Positions 10,087 through 20,248 of a DNA stretch of 43,104 bases are shown in pieces (the stretch's first letter is position 1; every line of letters begins with the position of its first letter). The stretch lies in assembly GCA_018268875.1 (NCBI GenBank), contig JAFDVT010000643.1:1-43104 (forward strand), read 5' to 3'. Made by a program: the position numbers and the translations under genes. The notes below the pieces were generated by a model. The model worked only from the letters and a program-made list of their open reading frames with translations, was not told where the DNA came from and did not search any database. Source of the DNA: Acidobacteriota bacterium (GTDB lineage Bacteria; Acidobacteriota; Terriglobia; Bryobacterales; Bryobacteraceae).

Positions 10087-11418
10087 GTGACCGAAAAATC
10101 TTCGGCCCGGCTACTCGCCGGGCGCGCGGAGCGCGCCGCTCGCAGGCCGAGGCTACTTGTTGTGTCGCAAGTGTACGTGCCGGATCCGGCCTCCGTGGGG
10201 CAGCATTTGGCCGGTGCCGCCGAATCGATGGCGACGCACGGATGGGACGTTCGCGTGGTCACGTCCAACGCCGGTTACGACGATCCTCGGCAGCGTTACC
10301 CTGCGCGGGAAGTGCGAAATGGCGTGGAGGTGGTGCGACTTCCGTTCACCTCGTTCGGCAAGGGCTCGCTGGCGCTGCGGCTGGCGGGGCAGCTGAGCTT
10401 TGTTATGCAGGCCGTCGTCAGGTCAGTTCTCGGTGCGCGGCCGACCCTATTGCTGGTTTCCACCTCGCCGCCGTTTGCCGGGATCATTGCGCTGACGGTG
10501 GCGTGGCTTCGACGCAGTGAGATCGCGTTCTGGGCCATGGACATCAACCCTGAGCAGGCAGTGGCTGCCGGAGCATTCAGGGAACGGAGCCTCCCAGTCC
10601 GCCTGATGGGGTGGATGAACTCACTGCTGCTGGCCCGCGCCAAACGAGTCGTCGCGCTGGACCGGCTCATGGCCGGGACGTTGCTTACGAAGCGGCGGGA
10701 CCTCGCGAGCCGAATGCGAATCGTGCCGCCGTGGCCACTCGAGCAGCACCTGGAAAGCGTGGACCATGCGCACAACCCGTTCCGAGTCGAGCACGGGCTG
10801 AACGGGCGGTTGGTGGTGATGTACAGCGGAAACCACTCGCCGGTGCACCCGCTGGATACGCTGCTCGAGGCAGCTCGCCAGCTGCAATCCGAGCCGCTCC
10901 TCTTCGCGTTTATTGGCGGGGGGCAGGGGAAGGCAGCCGTCGAGCAGTACGTGCGCGAGCACAAGCTGGAGAACGTGCTCTGTCTCCCCTACCAGCCGCT
11001 CGAGCGGCTTCGCTTCTCCCTCTCGGCGGCCGACGTACACGTGGTTTCGATGGGGGAGGCGATGGTGGGTCTTGTGCACCCCTGCAAGGTGTACGGCGCC
11101 ATGGCGCTGGGGCGCCCGGTGCTTCTGGTGGGGCCGCAAGACAGCCACGTGGGCGACCTGGTAATCGGGGCGCGATGTGGGTGGCAGGTAGACCACGGCG
11201 ACGTGGAAGCCGTGGTCGCGCTTCTGCGCCGGCTCTTGCGCACTTCGCCCGGCGAGTTGGAAGCCATGGGCGCGCGGGGCTTGGCCGTGGTTCGCGCGCA
11301 GTTCGGCGAGGAGCGACTGCGCGCCGACCTCGTGGAGGTCCTTGAGGAATGCGTGAAAGTCGACGTTGCCGGCGGGCCGGCGGGCGACGAAGTGCAGACG
11401 CTTGCAGCGGCAGGCTGA
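10087..11418 (+). CDS. Glycosyltransferase family 4, WcaI/WbuB-like
   Basis: SQVYVPD, STSPP, MDINPE, MYSGN and PCKVYGAMALGRP (PSK-type) motifs. Confidence 0.88.
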   Translation: MTEKSSARLLAGRAERAARRPRLLVVSQVYVPDPASVGQHLAGAAESMATHGWDVRVVTSNAGYDDPRQRYPAREVRNGVEVVRLPFTSFGKGSLALRLAGQLSFVMQAVVRSVLGARPTLLLVSTSPPFAGIIALTVAWLRRSEIAFWAMDINPEQAVAAGAFRERSLPVRLMGWMNSLLLARAKRVVALDRLMAGTLLTKRRDLASRMRIVPPWPLEQHLESVDHAHNPFRVEHGLNGRLVVMYSGNHSPVHPLDTLLEAARQLQSEPLLFAFIGGGQGKAAVEQYVREHKLENVLCLPYQPLERLRFSLSAADVHVVSMGEAMVGLVHPCKVYGAMALGRPVLLVGPQDSHVGDLVIGARCGWQVDHGDVEAVVALLRRLLRTSPGELEAMGARGLAVVRAQFGEERLRADLVEVLEECVKVDVAGGPAGDEVQTLAAAG

Positions 11419-11425
11419 CACTACT

Positions 11426-11430
11426 GGAGG
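11426..11430 (+). promoter_or_regulatory. Shine-Dalgarno site for the epimerase gene
   Basis: GGAGG ending 5 nt before ATG 11436. Confidence 0.7.
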
Positions 11431-11435
11431 TTTGC

Positions 11436-12449
11436 ATGCGGAAGAATGACCTGGTGGTGGTATGCGGTGCGGGGGGATTCATCGGCGGGGCGCTGGTGGC
11501 GGATCTTCGCCGGCGCGGCGTCCGTCGCATCCGCGCGGTGGATTGCAAGCCCCAGAGCGCGTGGTTCCAGCGGTTCGACGATGTGGACAACCGTGTACTC
11601 GACCTACAGCGACGCGAGGCGTGTGTGGAGGCACTCCAGGGTGCCGACGCGTGCTACAACCTCGCGGCCGACATGGGGGGGATGGGGTTCATCGAGCTGA
11701 ACAAGGCGCGCTGTATGCTGAGTGTCCTCATCAACACGCACCTGCTTGAGGCGGCGCGGACGCTGGGCGTACCTCGCTTCTTCTTTGCCTCGAGCGCGTG
11801 CGTGTATCCTGGGTACCGCCAACAGGACCCGGACATCCCGGGGCTGGCGGAGGCGGACGCATACCCAGCTGATCCCGAGGACGGCTACGGCTGGGAGAAG
11901 CTTTTCAGCGAGCGGATGTGCCGGCACTTCCACGAGGACTTTGGCATCGAGTGCCGCATCGCCCGCTTTCACAACGTGTACGGACCGTTCGGCACGTACG
12001 ACGGAGGTCGGGAAAAGGCGCCGGCCGCGATCTGTCGCAAGGTGATCGACGCGCGGCGGACGGGGAGCGGCACCATCGAGATCTGGGGGGATGGACAGCA
12101 GACGCGGTCGTTCATGTACATCGACGACTGCATCGAGGGGATTGGCCGGTTGATGGACAGTGACGTGCGCGACCCGATCAACATCGGGAGCGACGAGATG
12201 GTGACCATCAACCAGTTGGTAAGCGTCGTGGAGGACATCGCCGGTGTGTCGCTGCGGCGCGAGTACCAGCTCAGCGCGCCCAAGGGAGTGCGCGGGCGCT
12301 CCAGCGACAACATGATGATTCGCCGAGAGCTGGGGTGGGCCCCGTCCACCTCGCTCCGCGCGGGGATAGAGAAGACGTACGCCTGGATCTTCGAGCAAAT
12401 GGTCGGCGACTCTCCGGCGCAGCGCGACCGCCTCGCAAGGGCCAGCTAG
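11436..12449 (+). CDS. NAD-dependent epimerase, GDP-mannose 3,5-epimerase (GME)-like extended SDR
   Basis: GAGGFIG Rossmann motif; LAADMGGMGFI, SSAC, YGWEK (YxxxK), GGREKAPAA, WGDGQQTRSF and GVRGR motifs characteristic of GME; start moved to ATG 11436 because of the RBS. Confidence 0.88.
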   Translation: MRKNDLVVVCGAGGFIGGALVADLRRRGVRRIRAVDCKPQSAWFQRFDDVDNRVLDLQRREACVEALQGADACYNLAADMGGMGFIELNKARCMLSVLINTHLLEAARTLGVPRFFFASSACVYPGYRQQDPDIPGLAEADAYPADPEDGYGWEKLFSERMCRHFHEDFGIECRIARFHNVYGPFGTYDGGREKAPAAICRKVIDARRTGSGTIEIWGDGQQTRSFMYIDDCIEGIGRLMDSDVRDPINIGSDEMVTINQLVSVVEDIAGVSLRREYQLSAPKGVRGRSSDNMMIRRELGWAPSTSLRAGIEKTYAWIFEQMVGDSPAQRDRLARAS

Positions 12450-12453
12450 TCAC

Positions 12454-14037
12454 GTGACCCCGATAGTGATACCCGCCGCCTGGCGGGCACCTGTCGCATG
12501 CGGCATGGGTCTGCTGTTAGCGGCGGCACTATTGCCCGTAGTCTCTCGGGTGGCAATTAGGTTGGGCGCGGTCGACCAGCCCGGCGGACGACGCCGACAC
12601 CAAGTACCGGTGCCCCGCTTGGGCGGCGTCGCCGTAATCCTGGCAGTTGCCCTGACGTGTGAGTTGGTGGCGTTCGCGACGGCGGCTTCGGGGGCCGCGC
12701 CGGCTCCTGTCTCTAACCCGCATGTCCGGTCGCTCTTGATTGGCGGGATGCTGGTGTTCGCCGTCGGGCTGGTCGACGACCTGCGCGGCGTGCCACCGCT
12801 GATGAAGCTGCTAGTGCAAGTTCTGGCAGCCGCGCTGGTCGTGCAAAACGGACGGGTGGCCGAAGCGCTGGTGTTCGTGAAGGGCATGCCGGCTCTGACG
12901 GTAGGCCCGATCACCTCCGCGGTCGTCGTGCTGTGGATCGTGGGAGTGACGAACGCATTCAACCTCATCGATGGGCTCGATGGACTGGCGGGAGCGTGCG
13001 CGCTGGTGGCCATCTCCACCTTGGCAGTGGCCGGACGCTACTTGGGCGAACCGACTACGTTCGTGTTGACCGCGGCGCTGGCCGGCGCCTTGGTGCCGTT
13101 CCTGCGCCGCAACTGGCACCCCGCGAAGGTGTTTCTGGGGGACTCGGGGTCGATGACCATTGGGTTCCTGTTGGCGGTTCGCTCGCTTACTAGCGCCACC
13201 GACGCGCGCGGACAGCTGCACGTCCTTGTCCCCATTGCGGCGTTGGCGTACCCGCTGCTGGACACGCTGGTAGCGATCGCGCGCCGTTGGCTGCGCGGCC
13301 ACTCGTTCAGCCGGGCCGACGACCGGCACATACATCACCAACTGGTGACGATCGGTTTGTCGGTGCCGCGAGCTGTCGGGTTGCTCGTCGCGCTGGGGAT
13401 GGGGCTCGGCGGCGCGGCGCTCGCAATCAGCTTTGCCCCACCGCAACTCACTGTCGCGCTGATCGTGTCCACGGGACTGTTGAGCGCGGCGCTGGGGCTG
13501 TATGGAATCTGGCGGCTGGGATATAACGAGTTCGTGGCACTCGGGAAGGCAGTTTACTCCGGACTTGCGCGCACACGCTGGGTGGTTCGCGAGCGAATTC
13601 GCGTCAGCGACATCGCGCGGGCCGTTAAGGAAGCGCAAACCGAGTTCGAGGTACACGGCTGTGTGAATCGGCTGGTGGATCGCGAGCATGTATGGCGCGC
13701 AGAATTGGTGGAGCCGAGCGCGAACCCGCAGGAGATATTCACGGCACATGAGGCTCCGGCCGATGTATGGGGCGCATGGTTCCGGTTCGACTGCCCCATT
13801 CGGGGAAGGCGCACGGGGCGGGTGCTCCACCTTCGAGTATGGGCGACGTCTACCGCGTTTGCGCACCACACCATCCAGCGGCTCCAGGCTATCCTATGTC
13901 CCGAGCTGGAGTTGTGGTTCGACCGGCATGAGCGCGAGGTGCCGGTCCCAGTCGCGCTCGAGGACCGTGTGGTTCAGCGGGAGCAACTACCAAATGCGGA
14001 TGGCGCGAGGTTGTACGCACCTGAGGTAGGCGCGTGA
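12454..14037 (+). CDS. Undecaprenyl-phosphate sugar-1-phosphate transferase (WecA/TagO/MraY family) with a C-terminal soluble extension
   Basis: PRLGG, GLVDD, NAFNLIDGLDGLA, FLGDSGS and DDRHIHHQL motifs; about 150 extra residues after the last TM helix. Confidence 0.9.
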   Translation: MTPIVIPAAWRAPVACGMGLLLAAALLPVVSRVAIRLGAVDQPGGRRRHQVPVPRLGGVAVILAVALTCELVAFATAASGAAPAPVSNPHVRSLLIGGMLVFAVGLVDDLRGVPPLMKLLVQVLAAALVVQNGRVAEALVFVKGMPALTVGPITSAVVVLWIVGVTNAFNLIDGLDGLAGACALVAISTLAVAGRYLGEPTTFVLTAALAGALVPFLRRNWHPAKVFLGDSGSMTIGFLLAVRSLTSATDARGQLHVLVPIAALAYPLLDTLVAIARRWLRGHSFSRADDRHIHHQLVTIGLSVPRAVGLLVALGMGLGGAALAISFAPPQLTVALIVSTGLLSAALGLYGIWRLGYNEFVALGKAVYSGLARTRWVVRERIRVSDIARAVKEAQTEFEVHGCVNRLVDREHVWRAELVEPSANPQEIFTAHEAPADVWGAWFRFDCPIRGRRTGRVLHLRVWATSTAFAHHTIQRLQAILCPELELWFDRHEREVPVPVALEDRVVQREQLPNADGARLYAPEVGA

Positions 14038-14170
14038 GCTGTGGACGCGTAATTCGTGGAGGCGTGGAGCATTTCGCAAACCACTACCTGGGCTACTTGG
14101 TCCTAGCGGAGCGCGGCGAGCAACGAAGCTTTCGCTGGGCGCTTCTCCCCATAGCTTCAGGCGCCAACGC

Positions 14171-15508
14171 GTGAAGATCCTGATGGTGACGCCCGAGTAC
14201 CCCCCGGACACCGGCGGGGGCATCTTGAGGTACGCGCGCGACCTCTGCCAGGGGCTTAAGGCGCACGGTTGCGAAGTAGATGTCCTCCGCGGGTCGGCGT
14301 TCACACACGGTGGCTCTCACTACGAGTCAGACGGCATTGAGGTTGCCACGCTTGAAACATATCGCCTAGAGCAGTGGCATCGACGTTTCGGTCACTTCAG
14401 TGCGTGTCCGCGGCTTCGCCGAGACTTGGCGGCGGCTTTCGCATTGCAGGAACAGGCGAATTCTGGCAAAGGCTACGATGCTGTCGAAGTCACCGATTGG
14501 GGACTCTTGTTCGTTCCATGGTTGATGAGTGCTCAAGCGCCTGTTCTCGTTCAGGCGCACGGCAGCAGCGGCCAAATCGCCATGCACGAGCCCGAAACTG
14601 GTCGCGCTGCGGAAGCAGCGCTGACGGTCCTGATCGAGCGCGCGTCGATAAGTGCCGCGCCTGCAGTCAGCGCGTACAGTCGTCACAATGAGGCGTTCTG
14701 GAAGTCGGCGGGTGCTGGTAGGGTTCATTACCTTCCGCCGCCGCTCGCCCTTCCACGCGACGAGAAACCGGTGCACGCGACGGGAGCTGTTTCTCGCACT
14801 AACTGGCTCGCGGTCGGACGGATTCAGCATTGGAAAGGGCCGCAGGTCGCGTGCGAGGCTTGGGCGCGACTAGGCTCAGCTCCGCCGCCACTGAGGTGGT
14901 TGGGCCGCGATGTGCGACACGGTGCAACCGGGGGCTCAACGGATGCGTGGTTGTCTAACCAGTTTCCCCGTGTTTGGCGCCGGTCGATCCTACCCGTCGG
15001 TTCTGCGCCTCCCGAGCGAGTGTTACGCGAGATGACTTCCGCCAAGGCGGTGCTCGTTCCCTCGTTGTGGGACACGTTCAATCTTGGAGCGGCGGAGGCC
15101 ATGGCCCTAGGCAAGGCGGTGGTCGTCTCCGATGGCGCAGGAGCCGCGGACCTGGTGGAGCACGGGGTGAACGGGTTCATCTTCCCCGCAGGCGATGCGG
15201 GACGGCTGGCCGAGCTGGTTCGGGAAGTGAACGGAATGTCAGAAGCGGAATTGGATTCGATCGGTCGCGCGGCATCGGATACCGTCACCACGGTGCTCGA
15301 TCCGGCACGCATCTCACTCGAAAAGCTTTCGCTTTACCGCAGTCTGCGCGCCTCGAATGCGTCGGACACATCTTGGCTTGAGTCGTGTGTCTTCTCAGAT
15401 TGCGGGTCCGACGACCTGGGCTTCCTCGACGCGCAGCCGCTGCGGGCACTTTGCAGATACGTGATGCGCCGAGGATTCGACAAGGTTTTCGCGAGGCAGC
15501 GTCGCTGA
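14171..15508 (+). CDS. Glycosyltransferase family 4
   Basis: MKILMVTPEYPP..GGGI start, GRIQHWKG, PSLWDTFNLGAAEAMALGK. Confidence 0.87.
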   Translation: MKILMVTPEYPPDTGGGILRYARDLCQGLKAHGCEVDVLRGSAFTHGGSHYESDGIEVATLETYRLEQWHRRFGHFSACPRLRRDLAAAFALQEQANSGKGYDAVEVTDWGLLFVPWLMSAQAPVLVQAHGSSGQIAMHEPETGRAAEAALTVLIERASISAAPAVSAYSRHNEAFWKSAGAGRVHYLPPPLALPRDEKPVHATGAVSRTNWLAVGRIQHWKGPQVACEAWARLGSAPPPLRWLGRDVRHGATGGSTDAWLSNQFPRVWRRSILPVGSAPPERVLREMTSAKAVLVPSLWDTFNLGAAEAMALGKAVVVSDGAGAADLVEHGVNGFIFPAGDAGRLAELVREVNGMSEAELDSIGRAASDTVTTVLDPARISLEKLSLYRSLRASNASDTSWLESCVFSDCGSDDLGFLDAQPLRALCRYVMRRGFDKVFARQRR

Positions 15509-16458
15509 TGACCCGACCGACGCTCGCTCTCTGCGTACCCGCGTTCAACGCGGCCTCCTTCCTCCCCCGATTGCTGCGGTCGGCGGCATCTCAGGCAATA
15601 GCGTTCGATGACATCGTGGTGGTTGATGACGCCAGCAGTGATGACACAGCGAGAGTGGCCGAATCACTCGGCGCCCGCGTAATCCGCAACGAACAGAATC
15701 GTGGATGCTCCGCTTCCAAGAACGTCGCACTTGCTCACGCGTCTTGCGATTGGGTGCACTTCCACGACGCGGACGATGAGCTGCTGCCCACCTTTACGCA
15801 ACGCGCGCACGAGTGGATGGGGCGGGGCGACGCTCCGGATGTGGTCCTCTTCAACTACGAATACCGCGATAATACGACAGGCGAGCTGCTCTCCCGTTCG
15901 GACTTCGATGATGCGGCTCTTCAAGCCGATCCTCTGCGATACGCGATCACCTCCAAGATCATCAATGGGGTGGGAATCTACAGGCGCCCTCGCCTTGAGG
16001 ACGTTGGAGGTTTCGATGAGAATCCGGCCATCCTCTTCAACGAGGACGTGGCGTTCCACTGCAAGCTGGCCGCAGCTGGATTGAACTTTCGGGCGGATTC
16101 TGCCGTCACGGTTATCAACCACCGTATCGGCGGATCGATGTCCCAATCCAACGCGGTTCGATGTGAAAGAGCGCACGTTGCCGTCATGAAGCGCGTTTAC
16201 GCTCTATGCGGTGAGAGCTACTTTAGCGAAATCGCCGACCGACTGATGGCGACGGCGACTATTCTTGCCGCGCATCGTGAATGGCAGGCGGTGGATGAAG
16301 CGCTCGCCGTCGCCGAGCAAATCGATCCATCGTGTCGCGAGCGCGTGAAGGGCCCGTTTGGGCTCGTGACTCGTGTCATTGGATCTCGGGGGGCGTACCG
16401 GGTGCGGGAGGGGAGCATCAGGTTGCTCAAGCCGCATCTTCGCCGAGGGATGACGTGA
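15508..16458 (+). CDS. Glycosyltransferase family 2
   Basis: CVPAFNA, VVDDASSDDT, NRGCSASKN and FHDADD (DxD) motifs; start at ATG 15508 overlaps the upstream TGA. Confidence 0.9.
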   Translation: MTRPTLALCVPAFNAASFLPRLLRSAASQAIAFDDIVVVDDASSDDTARVAESLGARVIRNEQNRGCSASKNVALAHASCDWVHFHDADDELLPTFTQRAHEWMGRGDAPDVVLFNYEYRDNTTGELLSRSDFDDAALQADPLRYAITSKIINGVGIYRRPRLEDVGGFDENPAILFNEDVAFHCKLAAAGLNFRADSAVTVINHRIGGSMSQSNAVRCERAHVAVMKRVYALCGESYFSEIADRLMATATILAAHREWQAVDEALAVAEQIDPSCRERVKGPFGLVTRVIGSRGAYRVREGSIRLLKPHLRRGMT

Positions 16459-17492
16459 ATCCTCTGGTCAGCATCCTGATGCCGTGTCACAACGCCGCAA
16501 GGTACGTGGGGGAGGCAATTCGCTCGATATTGGCGCAGACGTGGCGACCCATCGAGTTGATCGTGGTGAATGACCGCTCCACTGACGGCAGCGCCGACGT
16601 GCTCGACAGCATGCGGAACGATACGGTTCAGGTTGTCAATGGCTCATTCGGAAGTGCAGCCGCAGCGAGAAATCACGCGTTTACGATTTCAAGGGGCGCA
16701 TACGTGAAGTTCATGGATGCGGACGACGTATTGTCGGCAAGAGCGATTGAACTTCAGCTCGCTCGTCTCGCAGGTAGCCGCAGCGCGCTTGCTTCAGGCG
16801 AATGGGGGCGATTCTATGGCGAAGATGCCTCGTCTTTTCGCCTCAACCCAGAAAGCGTTTGGCGCGACATGCGCCCCGCCGAGTGGCTGATCGAAGCATG
16901 GACGAACGCGCGGCCGATGATGCAGCCGGGGATCTTCCTTCTTCCGCGCGCCATCGTCGAGAGGTCGGGGGGCTGGGATGAATCCCTGTCCGTGCTGGAC
17001 GACCTCGACTTTTTCACGCGATGCTTCGTACAGGCTACGGAGGTGCGCTTTGCGCAAGGCGCCTGTTTGATGTACCGCTCAGGAATTGAAGGAAGCTTGT
17101 CAGGGCGGAAGGACCGAGGTGGCGTTGTCTCGGCGTTCACGGCCCTTATGAACGGTACATCCCGGCTGCTCGGGTGTCACGATGACGTGCTCGCCCGCCA
17201 AGCGTGTGCGAACCTCATGCAGGACTTCATTTATTCTCATTATCCGGATCACAAGGATCTGCTTGCGCTAGCCGAGCGGCGCGTTCGCGAGTGGGGAGGA
17301 AGTACCCTCTCTCCCACGGGCTCACCTGCGTTCGATCTGGTGCGGTCGTTGGTCGGATGGAAGGTGGCCCAACGCGTGCGTAACGCCTACCGCGATGCTG
17401 GCCGTCGAATTAAGGGCGAGCGAGTAGCAAGCTCCATTCTTGATATGGCAGGTGGTTCCTCCACGGGGGTCGCGCGGTCACCAAGTCTGTGA
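16455..17492 (+). CDS. Glycosyltransferase family 2
   Basis: PLVSILMPCHN, VVNDRSTDGS, AARN and FMDADD motifs; GTG 16455 coupled to the upstream stop. Confidence 0.9.
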   Translation: MNPLVSILMPCHNAARYVGEAIRSILAQTWRPIELIVVNDRSTDGSADVLDSMRNDTVQVVNGSFGSAAAARNHAFTISRGAYVKFMDADDVLSARAIELQLARLAGSRSALASGEWGRFYGEDASSFRLNPESVWRDMRPAEWLIEAWTNARPMMQPGIFLLPRAIVERSGGWDESLSVLDDLDFFTRCFVQATEVRFAQGACLMYRSGIEGSLSGRKDRGGVVSAFTALMNGTSRLLGCHDDVLARQACANLMQDFIYSHYPDHKDLLALAERRVREWGGSTLSPTGSPAFDLVRSLVGWKVAQRVRNAYRDAGRRIKGERVASSILDMAGGSSTGVARSPSL

Positions 17493-17816
17493 TATCGCGC
17501 ATGTGTCCTATCACGCCTGGACAGTTCATGGAAAGATTCGTACGGCCGCCTCGGCAACAACTGCGACGCCAGGCATTGACAATGACCACCAAGTTTCCCG
17601 CAGGGGCTCGGGCAGACGTGTCGGAATTGTTTCGCTCATGCATTCAACGCGACGGCGTAACGGCGAACTCAATGCGGACGTCACGGCGGCAATCTTTCGT
17701 CGGGTCTGCCGAAGCGTGCTGAGCTATTGTTCTCCGACGTTTAAGTGATGGACGCCTATCCTGCGATTCACCGCAATACGATGTCGCGCCTACCACAGTC
17801 CTCATAACGGTAGCCC

Positions 17817-18980
17817 ATGCGTCGCGGACTCTTCGTGACGTACTCCCGGTACCTTCGACCGCCGCTGGGAGGCGTTCAGGTATGCACTCGAGAATATGTC
17901 GACGTCATCTCAGCCGCCGGTATTTCGCTGGACTTTTGCACCTTTGAGAGCGACAACAGGATTTCGACGCGCGCACTGCGTCGCGTCTTCTCTTCGCCGT
18001 ACTTTCGCTCCGCCGAGCCCAGTCTGGTTGAGCAGATTGCGTTGGCCGCCGCTGAGCAGCCGCCGGATTTCCTGTTCTTGAACCAAGTTTCCTTGGCGCC
18101 TCTGGCCTCAAGACTCCGGCGGGTACTTCCGCCGGACTGCAGGACAGTTCTGCTCTCTCATGGACTAGAGAGCACTGACATGCTTCACGCTGCACGCACG
18201 GCCGAGACCTTGCCAATGCAAGTGCGATTGCGACCAAACCCGTCGATTGTGATCGGCGATTCACTTTTGACCGAAGCAAGGAGCCGTGCGGACATCGACG
18301 TCGTCTGTACGCTGTCTCCGTTTGACAGGGACCTGGAGCAATGGATAGGAGCGAAAAGGACCGCGTGGCTTCCCCGCGTAATCGCAGGCAAGCCGCTGGA
18401 CTGGCGCCCGACGGGCGACCGAGTCGGTCTTGTCGGAACACTCGACCATGCGCCGAACTTAGAGGGCCTGATCATGGTTCTCGATTCTCTTGCTCAGCGC
18501 CATGGAGCTCAGTTGCGCGTGCGACTGGTTGGTGGCCCGACGCAAATGGGACGATGGATTGCAGCCAAGTACCCCGCGGTTGATTATCTGGGACCCCTTG
18601 GCGACCGCGAACTCGCCGACGAAGCGTCGAGTTGGAACGCGTTCATCCACCCGCTATTCTGTCGAGCAAGAGGCTGCAGCACGAAGCTCGCGACCGCTAT
18701 CGGCTGGCATATTCCGGTCGTCACGACGACGGTCGGTCACCGAGGCTACGAATGGCGCGAGGGACACTTCGCTGTTGCCGATGACCCTTCGTCATTCGTT
18801 GACGCATGCCTGCGCCTTCTTTCACGCGATGCCGCCGACACGGCACGCCGGGGAATTGTTGACGTTGCGAACTCGTCACCCACGGTGCCAGACGTTGCGG
18901 AGAGGCTACGCTCGCTACTGGAATCGTTGGGTGGGCAGACGTCGGGCAGCCGTGCGCGTCGAGACGTACCATCATTCTAG
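17817..18980 (+). CDS. Putative GT-B glycosyltransferase (GT4-like)
   Basis: VGTLDHAPNLEG and GCSTKLATAIGWHIPVVTT C-terminal GT-B motif. Confidence 0.75.
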   Translation: MRRGLFVTYSRYLRPPLGGVQVCTREYVDVISAAGISLDFCTFESDNRISTRALRRVFSSPYFRSAEPSLVEQIALAAAEQPPDFLFLNQVSLAPLASRLRRVLPPDCRTVLLSHGLESTDMLHAARTAETLPMQVRLRPNPSIVIGDSLLTEARSRADIDVVCTLSPFDRDLEQWIGAKRTAWLPRVIAGKPLDWRPTGDRVGLVGTLDHAPNLEGLIMVLDSLAQRHGAQLRVRLVGGPTQMGRWIAAKYPAVDYLGPLGDRELADEASSWNAFIHPLFCRARGCSTKLATAIGWHIPVVTTTVGHRGYEWREGHFAVADDPSSFVDACLRLLSRDAADTARRGIVDVANSSPTVPDVAERLRSLLESLGGQTSGSRARRDVPSF

Positions 18981-19051
18981 GTCCCAAAGCTTCATTCTGC
19001 GCGCTCGTCATTGGCGACTGCCGCGTCGTAGCGTTTGATCAGTAGACGGAC

Positions 19052-20248
19052 ATGACATCCGGAAGTAGTGAGCTGCGAGTGCTATCGTTGTTCGGCGCGA
19101 GGGTGATCTTCGGCGCCGAACGGGAGAACATCGAAGTTCTGTCGGCACTGCGGGAGAAAGGTATCGAGGTCCTATGTCTCGTCCGACATGAAGAGTGGAA
19201 CAGGGAAATCTGGCAAGCGCTCGAGTCCCGTGGACTGACGCTCGCCAGGGTCCAGTACATCGATGGATGGCTGCCGGGCTGGCGCCTGTGGATTCTGCTG
19301 CGAAACCCAATCGCATTCTTAGTCGGCAATATTCAGTTTCTGCGGCACGCGTGGAGATTCCGACCGACGCATCTACATGCGTTCAACAATCTCTACGTGT
19401 TGAGTTTCCTGCCGGCGCTTCTTCTGGTTCGCCAACCCGTGATCTATCGATGCGGCGACAAGCCAGTTGCCCATCGCATGATGTGGCGGCTGCTTTGGCG
19501 GGTAATTGTTCGAAGGTCTGCGCGGTTCCTAGCGGTCAGCCGATTTATTGCGGAGGAGCTCGTTAGTTCCGGCGCACCGCGGGAAAGGGTCGAGATTCTC
19601 TATCCGCGGCCGCCGCGGCGGAAAGCGTCCGTCGCACACGAATACCCGCGCCGTGCGGCGAGCGACCGGGAATTCCATATCGTATTCGTTGGCCAGATCA
19701 CCGAAGTGAAGGGACCTCACCTTCTCGTTGAGGCCTTTAGACGAGTGGCTCCCACGTTTCCCCGGGTCCGTCTAACTATTGCCGGCCGGATTTCCGACTG
19801 GCGTGGCGACGACTGGGCTAGAAGGCTGAGAGACGATGTTTACGCGCACAAATCAGAAGCTGAGCGTATTTCCTTCCCGGGCTTTATTGAAGACGTTGCG
19901 GGTCTACTGTCAGGATGTGATCTGCTTGTTGCTCCCAGCTTGATTGAAGAAGCCCTTGGTCTCGTCGTCCTGGAAGCCAAGGAGGCAGGTATTCCGGCGG
20001 TCGTGTTCCCCAGTGGCGGCCTTCCAGAGATGATTGATCATGGGCTAGATGGCTGGGTGTGCCCGGAGAAGTCGGTGGATGCGCTTGTCGACGCCCTCCT
20101 CTTTTACCTGTCGAAGCCGGGTGAGGCTGCGCGGCAGGGAACTGCAGCGCTGGAGTCGCTTGGGAAGTTCGGCGCGGCCGACTTTGCCGATCGCTGCATT
20201 CGGGCCCATTGGCTGGCGACTGGTGCGTTCCGACAGCTCGCGTCGTGA
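19052..20248 (+). CDS. Glycosyltransferase family 4
   Basis: FGAERENI, VGQITEVKG and PSLIEEALGLVVLEAKEAGIP (EX7E) motifs. Confidence 0.88.
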   Translation: MTSGSSELRVLSLFGARVIFGAERENIEVLSALREKGIEVLCLVRHEEWNREIWQALESRGLTLARVQYIDGWLPGWRLWILLRNPIAFLVGNIQFLRHAWRFRPTHLHAFNNLYVLSFLPALLLVRQPVIYRCGDKPVAHRMMWRLLWRVIVRRSARFLAVSRFIAEELVSSGAPRERVEILYPRPPRRKASVAHEYPRRAASDREFHIVFVGQITEVKGPHLLVEAFRRVAPTFPRVRLTIAGRISDWRGDDWARRLRDDVYAHKSEAERISFPGFIEDVAGLLSGCDLLVAPSLIEEALGLVVLEAKEAGIPAVVFPSGGLPEMIDHGLDGWVCPEKSVDALVDALLFYLSKPGEAARQGTAALESLGKFGAADFADRCIRAHWLATGAFRQLAS

